Shown: positions 7,962-16,689 of the stretch, one piece after another
Layout of the letters: every line of letters begins with the position of its first letter
Numbering within the stretch: position 1 is the stretch's first letter
Source: Candidatus Krumholzibacteriia bacterium
GTDB lineage: Bacteria > Krumholzibacteriota > Krumholzibacteriia > LZORAL124-64-63
NCBI GenBank assembly: GCA_046484865.1
Contig: JAWOID010000067.1
Location: forward strand, 1 to 28,245
DNA length: 28,245 nt
Reading direction: 5' to 3'
The notes under the pieces: model-generated
The model's input: only the letters and a program-made list of their open reading frames with translations
What the model was told of the DNA's origin: nothing
Database searches by the model: none
Program-made: the position numbers and the translations under genes

Positions 7962-10958
7962 CTAGAACTCGTCGTCCCGGATTCCCCGCAACTCGGGGAA
8001 CGGCCCGCGTGGCCCCTCGGGGCCGTCCTCGATGGCCATGCGCAGCACCTGCGCCAGGTGCAGCGCGCGACGGTCGGTTTGCTGCCGGATCTGCTCGCGG
8101 CAGCTGAACCCGTCGGCCACCAGGATGGCGTCGTCCGGCGCCTGCCGGACCGCCGGCAGCAGCACCAGCTCGCCCGCGCCCACGGAGACGTCATAGGTCT
8201 CGCCCTTCTCGAAGCCGAACGAACCCGCCATGCCGCAACAGCCCGAGTCCAGCATCTCCAGCTCGGCATCGAGCCGCTCGAGGATCGTCCGGTCGGAATC
8301 GGTCGCGAAGATCGCCTTCTGGTGGCAATGACCGTGGAAGATCGCCCGGCGCCGCAGCGGAGGGGGACAGTAGCCGCCGGGCACGCGCTCGGCGAGGAAT
8401 TCGGCCAGCGTGTAGGTCTGCTTGCCCAGCCGCCGCGCACGCAGGTCGTCCGGGAAGAGCATGGGCCCCTCGTCGGTGAATACCGACGCACAGCTGGGCT
8501 CCAGACCCACCACCGGCACGCCCTGGTCGATCAGCGGCCCCAGTTCCCGGTAGATCTGCCGCAGGAGCTTCTTGGCCAGGTTCAGCATGCCGTGGTCGTA
8601 GAGGGGGCGCCCGCAGCAGAGCGACTTCTCCGGCACGATGCAGCGGTAACCCGCGTGCTCGAGCACCTCCACCGCGGCGCGCGCGGTGTCGGGGTGGAAG
8701 TGGTTGTTGAAGGTGTCGGGCCAGAGGATCACCGGCGGCCCGTCGGCGTTGCGCGGACCGCGACTGACGAACCACGACTTGAAGGTGGAGCCCGCGAACC
8801 GGGGAATCTGCCGCTGCGGCGCCACCCCGGCCGCCAGCCTGGCCGCGGCGCGCAGGCCGGGCGTCTGGGTGAAGAAGTTCGCCAGCGCGGGCGCCTTGCT
8901 CGCCAGCCGGGCCCACCAGTAGATCCAGCCGAATGCATAGGCGTGCCGGGGCCGCAGCCGGCGATGATAGTAATGGCTGAGGAACTCGGCCTTGTAGGTG
9001 GCCAGGTCTACGTTCACCGGGCAGTCGTCCTTGCACCCCTTGCACGACAGGCAGAGGTGCAGCGAATCCTTCACCTCCTCGTCGCGCCAGCCGCCGCGCA
9101 CGGCATCGCCGCGCATCATCTCGAACAGCAGGTGGGCGCGACCGCGGGTGGTGTGCTTCTCGTCGCGGGTCACCCGGTAGCTGGGGCACATGGTGCCGCC
9201 GCTGTCGCGCCGGCACTTGCCCACCCCCACGCAGCGCAAGGTGGCGGAGGTGAAGCTGCCCTGGTCCGACGGGTACCGGAAGTGGGTCTCGGGGTGCCAC
9301 GGCCGGTACTCCGTGCCCAGGCGGAGGTTCTCGTCGGGGCCGTCGGGATCCACCACCTTGCCGGGGTTCATCTTGCCCTGCGGATCCCAGATCGCCTTGA
9401 ACTCGCGCATGGCTTGCACCAGCTCCGGACCGTACATCCTCTCCAGCAGGTAGCCGCGAGCCACGCCGTCGCCGTGCTCCCCGGAGAAGGAACCGCCGTA
9501 GCCGTCGACCAGGTCCGAGGCCTCGTCCACGAAGGCCAGGTATGTCTCGATCCCCCGCCGGCTCTCGAGATCGAAGTCGATGCGGACGTGGATGCAACCC
9601 TGCCCGAAGTGCCCGTAGAGGGCGCCCTCGTAGCCGTACCGGTCCAGCAACCCACGGAAGTCGCGCAGGTACGCGCCCGTGCGCTCCGGCGGCACGGCCG
9701 CGTCCTCCCAGCCGGGCCAGGTGGGTGGCTGGCCTTCCAGGTGCGCCGTGGCTCCGAGGCCCGACTCGCGCAGGTCCCAGATCTCGGTCTGCTCTCCGGC
9801 GTCCGTGATCAGATCGACCTCCGGCCACGGCCCCCGCGACGCCAGCGCAGCCTGGACGGCGCGCCCGCGCTCGTCCGCCTCCTCCTGGGTCACGCCCCCG
9901 AACTCCGCCAGCAGCCATCCCATTCCCCGCGGCAGCTCGCGACGCGCCCGCCGGTTCAAGCCCTTGCGGCGGTTGTACGAGACGAGACGCTCGTCCATGC
10001 CCTCCAGCCCCAGCGGCCCGAGGGCAAGGATCTCCATCACGTCGTCGGCGGCCGCGAACACGTCGGGATAGCCCATCACCACCAGCGACCGGAAAGGAGG
10101 GCTGTGGACGAGGCGGCCGGTGCCCTCGAGGATCGTGACGCACGTCCCCTCGGTGCCCACGAGCGCCCGCGCCACGTGGAATCCGTTCTCCGGCAGCAGC
10201 TGGTTCAGGTTGAAGCCGGACACCCGCCGCGGGATGTCGCGGTAGCGCGTGCGGATGAGATCGGCGTAGCGGTCGCGCAGCAGCGCGAGCTGCCGGTAGA
10301 TCTCCACCCGGGGACCGCCCTCGGCGATGATGCGCCGGAACTCGTCCTCGTCCGTCGGCCCCACGCTCATGCGCTGCCCGTCGTAGGTGAGGATCTTTAG
10401 AGCGTGGATGTTCTCCTCGGTCTTGCCGCCCATCACCGAGTGAACGCCGCAGCTGTTGTTGCCGATCATCCCGCCCAGCGTGCACCAGGCGTGGGTGGCG
10501 GGATCGGGAGCGAAGGTGAGGTGGTGGCGATCGGCCTGGCTGCGCAGCGTGTCGAGCACGCAGCCGGGTTCGAAGCGAGCGATCCGGCGCTCCGGGTCGA
10601 TCTCCAGCACCCGGTTCAGGTGGCGGGACATGTCCATCACCACCGCCACGTTGCAGCACTGGCCGGCCAGGCTGGTGCCCCCGCCGCGGGAGAGGACGGG
10701 TGCTCCGAAATCGCGGCAGGCCGCCACGGTGGCCTCGATCTCCCCGGCGCTGCGCGGATAGACCACGCCGATGGGAATCATGCGGTAATTGGACGCGTCG
10801 GCGGCGTACAGCGCGCGGGTGCCCTGGTCGAAGTGAACGCCACCCTCCACGCGCTCGGCAAGCACCCGCCCGAGTTGCGCGGCGTCGCCGCTCCAGTCGC
10901 GCGAACGCGCTCTGGGGGTGCGGCGGCGCGCGCCGGCATCTCCGCGCTGGTCGGGCAT
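7962..10958 (-). CDS. FAD-binding and Fe-S oxidoreductase (GlcD+GlcF-like fusion, YdiJ / D-2-hydroxyacid dehydrogenase type)
   Basis: RGGGTSLAGQ, GGMIGNNSCG, GHFGQGCIH, SGEHGDG, CVGVGKC..MCPS, CLSCKGCKDDCP and two CCG motifs. GGAGG RBS. Confidence 0.9.
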   Translation of the reverse strand: MPDQRGDAGARRRTPRARSRDWSGDAAQLGRVLAERVEGGVHFDQGTRALYAADASNYRMIPIGVVYPRSAGEIEATVAACRDFGAPVLSRGGGTSLAGQCCNVAVVMDMSRHLNRVLEIDPERRIARFEPGCVLDTLRSQADRHHLTFAPDPATHAWCTLGGMIGNNSCGVHSVMGGKTEENIHALKILTYDGQRMSVGPTDEDEFRRIIAEGGPRVEIYRQLALLRDRYADLIRTRYRDIPRRVSGFNLNQLLPENGFHVARALVGTEGTCVTILEGTGRLVHSPPFRSLVVMGYPDVFAAADDVMEILALGPLGLEGMDERLVSYNRRKGLNRRARRELPRGMGWLLAEFGGVTQEEADERGRAVQAALASRGPWPEVDLITDAGEQTEIWDLRESGLGATAHLEGQPPTWPGWEDAAVPPERTGAYLRDFRGLLDRYGYEGALYGHFGQGCIHVRIDFDLESRRGIETYLAFVDEASDLVDGYGGSFSGEHGDGVARGYLLERMYGPELVQAMREFKAIWDPQGKMNPGKVVDPDGPDENLRLGTEYRPWHPETHFRYPSDQGSFTSATLRCVGVGKCRRDSGGTMCPSYRVTRDEKHTTRGRAHLLFEMMRGDAVRGGWRDEEVKDSLHLCLSCKGCKDDCPVNVDLATYKAEFLSHYYHRRLRPRHAYAFGWIYWWARLASKAPALANFFTQTPGLRAAARLAAGVAPQRQIPRFAGSTFKSWFVSRGPRNADGPPVILWPDTFNNHFHPDTARAAVEVLEHAGYRCIVPEKSLCCGRPLYDHGMLNLAKKLLRQIYRELGPLIDQGVPVVGLEPSCASVFTDEGPMLFPDDLRARRLGKQTYTLAEFLAERVPGGYCPPPLRRRAIFHGHCHQKAIFATDSDRTILERLDAELEMLDSGCCGMAGSFGFEKGETYDVSVGAGELVLLPAVRQAPDDAILVADGFSCREQIRQQTDRRALHLAQVLRMAIEDGPEGPRGPFPELRGIRDDEF

Positions 10959-10976
10959 GGCGTCCTCCCGCAGTGC

Positions 10977-11150
10977 TCAGATCTCCAGGGCGGCGGCGTC
11001 CTTCTCCTTCAGCACCAGGCCCAGGCCCGGGCGGTCCGGGTCGGGAACGAGGCAGCCCGCCTCCAGCCGCGCCAGGCCATCGAAGATCATCGCCTCCACC
11101 CGCACGTGATCGTGGTCGTACTCCAGGTGCGCGATGCGCGGCGCGCAGCG
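10977..11150 (-). pseudogene. C-terminal relic of a mandelate racemase / enolase-superfamily gene
   Basis: My translation: ...IAHLEYDHDHVRVEAMIFDGLARLEAGCLVPDPDRPGLGLVLKEKDAAALEI* (TGA 10977-10979). PDxxRPGLG is the family's C-terminal signature. An in-frame TAG lies just upstream, so there is no N-terminal part. Confidence 0.7.
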
Positions 11151-11206
11151 TGGCCACGGCCGCCCCCGCGGCCGCCCCCGCTATCTGTCGCGCTGCCGGT
11201 CACGGC

Positions 11207-12964
11207 TCAGATCATCTCCCGGATCTTGTCGTGGGCCACCGTGAGAGCGATCTTTCCGCGGTACGGTTCGCCGCGTATCAGCGACTTGGCGAACTGCTTG
11301 GCCTGACTCAGCTTGATCTTGGCCGGCAGCGGCGGCTCGAACGGATCGACGACGCACTCGATGACCGACGGCCCCGGATGGTCGAGCGCCTCGGCCAGCT
11401 GGTCGGCGCACGTCCTGGGGTTCTCGATCGTCATGCCGTGCCCGCCCATCGCGCGGGCGAGCGCCGCGAAATCCATGGGGTGCAGGTCCACGCCGTACTC
11501 GGGGTTGCCCAGGAACACCATCTGCTCCCACTTGATCTGGCCCAGCGTGTTGTTCTTGATGACCACGATCTTGATCGGCAACTCGTACTTCACCGCGGTG
11601 ACGAAGTCGGCCATGAGCATCGAGAAGCCGCCGTCGCCCACGAGCGCCACGCACTGGCGGTCCGGATGAGCCACCTGGGCGGCGATGGCGTAGGGCAGGC
11701 CCGGCGCCATGGTGGCCAGGTTCCCCGAGAGCGACCACATCTGGCCGCGACGGGCCTTCATCTGCCGGGCGAACCAGGTGGCGATGGTGCCGCTGTCGGA
11801 CGAGACGATGGCGTCGTCGCGCAACAGCTTGCCCAGCTCCCAGGCCACCACCTGGGGCTTCATGGGTGTGTCCTCGCGCGTCCCCCGCTCCTCCATCAGC
11901 TCCCACCACTCACGCATCTCCTTCTGGATCTTCTTGAGGAAGCTGCCGTTCCGCTTCGGCTGGACGTACGCGAGCAGGGCCCGCAGGCAGTTCTTGCTGT
12001 CGCCCACCAGCCCGGCTTCCACCGGATAACGCAGGCCGATGCGGGCGGGGTCGAGGTCGATCTGGACGCCGCGGGCCTGGCCCGGCTGCGGCAGGAACTC
12101 GATGTACGGGAACGAAGTGCCCACCATCAGCAGGGTATCGCAGTTCTCCATCGCCTCCTGCGAGGCGGTGGTCCCCAGCAGACCGATCGCGCCGGTGGTG
12201 TAAGGCGAGTCGTCCGGCACCGCCGCCTTGCCCAGCAGGGCCTTGGCGATGGGGGCCTGGAGCCGCTCCGCCATCTCCAGCAGCTCGTCGGTAGCGTTCA
12301 GCGCCCCGGCGCCGGCCAGGATCACGATCTTCTTGCCGGCATCGAGCACGGCGGCAGCGCTCCGCAGATCGTGTTCCGACGGCGTATCGGCCCGCTGCAC
12401 GCCGGCCGCCGACGTGTGCCCGGGCCTGTTGCGCTTGGAGGTCCTGGCCTCGTCCATCTCCATGTGCTGGAAATCGACCGGCACGGTGATGTGCGCCACG
12501 CCACGGCGGCTGAGCGCCATGCGGCAAGCCTGCTCCGTGACGTTGCGCATGTGGGCCGGCCCCATCACGCGGTTGTTGTACACCGCCACGTCCATGAACA
12601 GCTTGTCGAGCTCCACGTCCTGCTGGGTGTTCGTGTTGATGAGGTCGTGGAACTGGAGCCCCGTGATGGCGAGCACCGGCTGGCCGTCCAGCTTGGCATC
12701 GTAGAGGCCATTGAGCAGGTGGATGCCGCCCGGACCGGACGTGGCCACGCAGACGCCGAGCTTGCCGGTGTACTTGGCATAGGCGCAGGCCATGAAGGCG
12801 GCTGATTCCTCGTGGCGCACCTGGATGAAGCGGATCCGGTCCTGCCGCACGCGCAGGGCCTCGAAGATCCCGTTGATCCCGTCACCGGGAATTCCGAAGA
12901 TGACCTCCACCCCCCAATCGATGAGGGTTTCGACCATGACGTCACCGACAGTCATGCTGGCCAT
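11207..12964 (-). CDS. poxB: Pyruvate oxidase / pyruvate:quinone oxidoreductase family ThDP enzyme (PoxB-like)
   Basis: FGIPGDGIN, VRHEESAAFMA, SGPGGIHLLNGLYDA, SGNLATM and ThDP motif GDGGFSM...NN. ATG 12964 follows GAGGAG. Confidence 0.88.
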   Translation of the reverse strand: MASMTVGDVMVETLIDWGVEVIFGIPGDGINGIFEALRVRQDRIRFIQVRHEESAAFMACAYAKYTGKLGVCVATSGPGGIHLLNGLYDAKLDGQPVLAITGLQFHDLINTNTQQDVELDKLFMDVAVYNNRVMGPAHMRNVTEQACRMALSRRGVAHITVPVDFQHMEMDEARTSKRNRPGHTSAAGVQRADTPSEHDLRSAAAVLDAGKKIVILAGAGALNATDELLEMAERLQAPIAKALLGKAAVPDDSPYTTGAIGLLGTTASQEAMENCDTLLMVGTSFPYIEFLPQPGQARGVQIDLDPARIGLRYPVEAGLVGDSKNCLRALLAYVQPKRNGSFLKKIQKEMREWWELMEERGTREDTPMKPQVVAWELGKLLRDDAIVSSDSGTIATWFARQMKARRGQMWSLSGNLATMAPGLPYAIAAQVAHPDRQCVALVGDGGFSMLMADFVTAVKYELPIKIVVIKNNTLGQIKWEQMVFLGNPEYGVDLHPMDFAALARAMGGHGMTIENPRTCADQLAEALDHPGPSVIECVVDPFEPPLPAKIKLSQAKQFAKSLIRGEPYRGKIALTVAHDKIREMI

Positions 12965-13284
12965 GATCTGCGTTCTCCTCGTGCTGGCGTGACCGGTGGG
13001 TCCGCGCACTGCGGCCGGCCGGATGGCCCGGACGGCTGCGGCCGCGGGGTCGCGCCGGCGCTTCGCCCCCCAGGCGCGGTCGGGAATGACCGCGCTCGCT
13101 CGGCGCCGACCGTCGCTGGCAAGTTAAAAGCGCATCGGCGCGTCCGCCGGGGCTGTCGCTGTCCCCCACGGCCTTTTCCGGTCTGCCCCCGCGAGGCCGT
13201 GGGGCTGCCACCGATGCTCGGCGCGGTGGCTCCTTCGTAAGGTGGCGGCGAGGCCGCATCCTGCGGTGGCGGCGAGGTCCGTGG

Positions 13285-13300
13285 CGGCGGAATCATTGCT
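13285..13300 (+). promoter_or_regulatory. Candidate sigma54 (-24/-12) promoter for the YciF-like gene
   Basis: CGGCGGAATCATTGCT has GG-N10-GC spacing with TTGCT, about 50 nt upstream of the ATG. The -24 element is imperfect. Confidence 0.4.
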
Positions 13301-13351
13301 GGAAGCCCATGCCGGGGACCCAGGGTCCCCGCTTAACGGAAAGGACGAGCC

Positions 13352-13864
13352 ATGTCGATGTTCAGCGGCGCGAAGTTCGAGAAGCTGGACGATCTGTTCT
13401 GGAGCCAGATCAACGATCTCTACGATGCGGAGCAGCAGCTCACCGAGGCACTCCCCAAGATGGCCGACACGGCGCAGTCACCGAGGCTGAAGGAGGCGTT
13501 CAAGACGCATCTCAGGGAGACCGAGGGGCAGATACGCCGGCTCGAGCGCATCTACGAGATGATGGGCGAGAAGCCGAACGGCGAGACCTGCGAGGCCATG
13601 AAGGGTCTCATCAAGGAAGGCGAGGAGATCCTCAAGGCCAAGGGTGATCACCGGGTGCGCGACGCCGGGCTGATCGCTGCGGCGCAGCGCACCGAGCACT
13701 ACGAGATGGCCGGCTACGGCACTGCGCGGCATCTGGCGCAGCGCCTCGGCCATACCGAGGCGGCGGAACTGCTCCGACAGACCCTGGACGAGGAGAAGCA
13801 TGCCGACAAGCTGCTCAACGAGATCGCCATCGGCGACGTGAACGAGCAGGCGGAACGCGCCTGA
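13352..13864 (+). CDS. yciF: YciE/YciF (DUF892) ferritin-like general stress protein
   Basis: DLYDAEQQLTEALPKMA, HLRETEGQ, CEAMKGLIKEG, LIAAAQRTEHYEMAGYG, LDEEKHAD. AAAGGA RBS. Confidence 0.9.
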   Translation: MSMFSGAKFEKLDDLFWSQINDLYDAEQQLTEALPKMADTAQSPRLKEAFKTHLRETEGQIRRLERIYEMMGEKPNGETCEAMKGLIKEGEEILKAKGDHRVRDAGLIAAAQRTEHYEMAGYGTARHLAQRLGHTEAAELLRQTLDEEKHADKLLNEIAIGDVNEQAERA

Positions 13865-13900
13865 TCCGCGTGCCCCGATGCGGGCGATCAACTCCCGACC

Positions 13901-13935
13901 GCCGCGCCGGTTTCTTGCCGGCGCGGCGTCTCTTC
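13901..13935 (+). terminator. Hairpin after yciF, possible terminator
   Basis: 10-bp stem GCCGCGCCGG-tttcttg-CCGGCGCGGC followed by a weak U-tract (gtctcttc). Confidence 0.45.
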
Positions 13936-14000
13936 GCTCCGAAACGTCCCGCCGGCAGCGGAACGCCGCCGGGCCCGACGATGCGCGGCTGTTCCGGCGC

Positions 14001-14116
14001 GGCGCGCCGGACAGTTCTTCAGTGGCGCGGTGGCCCCGTTCTCGAGTGTCGCGGCGGACAATTCTTCAGCGGCGTGCCGGACAGTTCTTCACGGGCGCGC
14101 CGGACGGTGCCGCGGG
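14001..14116. repeat. Degenerate ~23-bp tandem repeat, about 5 units, intergenic
   Basis: Units start at 14001, 14024, 14048, 14071 and 14094. Core GGACARTTCTTCA occurs at 14009, 14056 and 14079. Confidence 0.8.
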
Positions 14117-14121
14117 GCCGT

Positions 14122-14679
14122 TCAGCCGACTGGATAGAACGCGCCGAGGATGGCGCCGTAGACGATGTGCGCGACCATGACCACCAGTGGGGTCTCGTGA
14201 CCGTAGTTGAGGGCCAGGAAGCCGGGAGGTTCGAGTCGGCGAGTGGGGTCGGGCCCCTGGTCGGCGTCGGCCATGCGCGGATGGATGGCCGGCAACAGCG
14301 GCATGACGACCGTGAGGATGCTCGCGGCCTGAAGCAGGCCCAGGGCCGCGCCTCCCCACCATGTCGCTGCGCCCACCGCCTCGAAGACCGCCACGTACGG
14401 GACGGCGAACAACCAGCCCGCGACAAAGTGCAGCACTCCGCCCAGCCAGCGGGCGCGGTCGCGCCGTCCCGAGACGATGGTGCCCAGCAGGAACGGCATG
14501 CTCATGCGCGAGAGGTGCAGCCCCTGTCCGGCGGCGGAGAGGCTCGTCAAGGCCATCGTCGCCACGAAGCCCCAGACGAGCATCGCGCCGAGATCGATGG
14601 ACACGCTGTTGCGGACCTCGATGGCCGCCGTCATGAGCGCCAGCGGCAAGGCCGGCGCAGCCGGTGCCGCCGTCATCAC
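14122..14679 (-). CDS. Integral membrane protein, function unknown (start may be further downstream)
   Basis: About four hydrophobic segments, with HPRMA and LEPPGFLALNYG loops. GTG start overlaps the GH15 stop (GTGA) and follows GAGGAGG. Confidence 0.75.
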   Translation of the reverse strand: MMTAAPAAPALPLALMTAAIEVRNSVSIDLGAMLVWGFVATMALTSLSAAGQGLHLSRMSMPFLLGTIVSGRRDRARWLGGVLHFVAGWLFAVPYVAVFEAVGAATWWGGAALGLLQAASILTVVMPLLPAIHPRMADADQGPDPTRRLEPPGFLALNYGHETPLVVMVAHIVYGAILGAFYPVG

Positions 14680-16616
14680 GTCCGTTCCTCCTCGGGCCCG
14701 CCGAGCGTTCCGTCACGAGCATCCCCCACGGCCTCGCGCCCATGCTGGCCGGCCAGGGCGAGGGCGGCGTTCACCAGCGCCAGGTGAGTGTACGCCTGCG
14801 GAAAATTGCCCAGCGGCTCGCCCGTACCGGGGTCGATCTCCTCGGCGTACAGCCCGACGTCGTTCGAATAGTCCAGCAAGCTCGCGAACAGCTCCGCCGC
14901 CTCCTCGGCGCGCCCCATCTCGACCAGGGACTCCACGGCCCAGAAGCTCGCGATTCCGAAGGCGCCTTCCGTGCCCTGCATGCCGTCGTCACGACTGGCG
15001 GCGTAGCGATGCAGCAGAGGGCCGTCCGCCAGCCGCTCGCGGATCAGCTCGTAGGTACGGTGGAAGCGGGGATCGGTCGCGCTCAGGTAGCCGAAGTGCG
15101 GGAGCAGCAGGAGGCTGGCGTCCACATCCTGCTCGTCGAAGTGGTAGACGTAGCTGCCCAGTTCCTCGTCGTAGCCGTGCTCCTCGACGGTGGCGCGGAT
15201 GGCCTCGCACTCGCGGCGATAGCGCTCCACGTCCACCTCGACGTGCCCGCGTTCGTGCAGGTGCAGCAGCCGCTGCAGGGCCACCCAGCACATCACCTTG
15301 GAGAAGGTGTTGTGGCGGCGACCGCTGCGCGGTTCCCAGATGCCCTCGTCCGGCTCGCGCCAGCGCCGACAGACCACGTCTCCGTAATCGACCAGGTGAC
15401 GCGCCTCGCTCTTCTCCATCCCGCCGGCGGCAGTCACGAACCGCTCGGCGGCCGCCACGATCTCGCCGTACACGTCGAGCTGGAACTGGTCCGCGGCCGC
15501 GTTGCCCACGCGGACCGGACGGGAGCCGCGATAGCCGCCCAGGTGGTCCAGTTCGCGCTCCTTCACGTCGGCGTCGCCGTGGACGTCGTACATAAGCCGC
15601 AGCTCCGGGCGGGTCAACGCCGTGGCGTGCATCAGCCAGTTGAAGAAGGCGGTGCCCTCGCCGTCGTAGCCCAAATCCAGCAGCGCGCCCAGGGTGGCGG
15701 CGGCATCGCGCAGCCAGCAGTAGCGGTAGTCGAAGTTACGGTTTCCGCCGGGGTCCTCCGGCAGGCTGGCGGTCAAGGCCGCGATCACCGCTCCCGACGG
15801 GGCGTAGGTGAGCAGCTTGAGGGTGACCAGGCTGCGCAGGACCATGGCCTCGTGCGGACCGTCGTACCGGCAGCGCGCGATCCAGCGGTCCCACCACTCC
15901 AGGGTTCCCTCGATGCGCGCGACGGCCTCGTCGCCCGGGAGCGGCAGCACCAGCGGCGACTCGCGCCCGTACGTGAGCGACAGGTGCAGACGTTCGCCCG
16001 CTCGCAAGCGGATGCGCCCGCGGATGCAGCCGCTCTCCACGTGCAGATCGTCGGGTCGATTGCTGGCCAGCACCAGGACCGCGCCGCTCAGGTCGCAGAA
16101 GACGCCCAGGGCGCCACGGTCGTCGAGCCGCGCCTCGCGGGCGCCGAACCGGGGGCGGGGCCGGCAGAGCACGTCGACCGCCACCTCGCCGGAGCGGCAC
16201 TCGGCCACGCGCAGCAACTCGTGCTCGGGGAACAGGTGCCGGAGCTTGGCGCCCTCGGTGCTCACGGGCATCAGGTCGGTCAGGCGCAGGACGCCGCCTT
16301 CGGTCGTGAAGTCCGTGTCCAGCACGGGTGCATGGCCGCGGTAGTGGCGCTCGACGCGACCGCCGCCCGCCGGCGCCACCCGGAAGATACCGCCCTGCTC
16401 CCGGTCCAGGATCGCGGCGAACACGGCGTCGCCGTCGAAGCGCGGCACGCAGAACCACTCGACGGCACCCGTGCGGCTCACCAGCGCGCCGGTACGGCAG
16501 TTGCCGATCATGGCGTAGTCGGAGATGGGGGGGAATTCGTCCGCGTCCGGTTCGCGGTCGGCGCCGGTCGGCGCGGTCCCGGCGGCGTGCCGGGGCACCC
16601 GTCGTCTCTCCCCCAT
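14676..16616 (-). CDS. GH15 glucoamylase/trehalase-family glycoside hydrolase
   Basis: PISDYAMIGNCRTGALV, SLPEDPGGNRNFDYRYCWLRD, QLDVYGE, PDEGIWE, GLYAEE, GNFPQAYTH. ATG 16616 follows AAAGGA. Confidence 0.9.
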   Translation of the reverse strand: MGERRRVPRHAAGTAPTGADREPDADEFPPISDYAMIGNCRTGALVSRTGAVEWFCVPRFDGDAVFAAILDREQGGIFRVAPAGGGRVERHYRGHAPVLDTDFTTEGGVLRLTDLMPVSTEGAKLRHLFPEHELLRVAECRSGEVAVDVLCRPRPRFGAREARLDDRGALGVFCDLSGAVLVLASNRPDDLHVESGCIRGRIRLRAGERLHLSLTYGRESPLVLPLPGDEAVARIEGTLEWWDRWIARCRYDGPHEAMVLRSLVTLKLLTYAPSGAVIAALTASLPEDPGGNRNFDYRYCWLRDAAATLGALLDLGYDGEGTAFFNWLMHATALTRPELRLMYDVHGDADVKERELDHLGGYRGSRPVRVGNAAADQFQLDVYGEIVAAAERFVTAAGGMEKSEARHLVDYGDVVCRRWREPDEGIWEPRSGRRHNTFSKVMCWVALQRLLHLHERGHVEVDVERYRRECEAIRATVEEHGYDEELGSYVYHFDEQDVDASLLLLPHFGYLSATDPRFHRTYELIRERLADGPLLHRYAASRDDGMQGTEGAFGIASFWAVESLVEMGRAEEAAELFASLLDYSNDVGLYAEEIDPGTGEPLGNFPQAYTHLALVNAALALAGQHGREAVGDARDGTLGGPEEERT

Positions 16617-16689
16617 GCGGCGTCCTTTCGCGGGGAGCGTCCGGTCCATGACCGGCAACCGCCCGTGCTCGTTCCTGCGCCTGCCCTCC

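Noticed and set aside
7851..12805. ORFs 7851..10400 (+), 8191..11157 (-) and 10700..12805 (+)
   Set aside because: Antisense or shifted frames of well-supported oxidoreductase genes.
13117..13132. Second sigma54-like site TGGCAAGTTAAAAGC
   Set aside because: GG-N10-GC spacing is present but there is no TTGC -12 element, and it is far from the yciF start.
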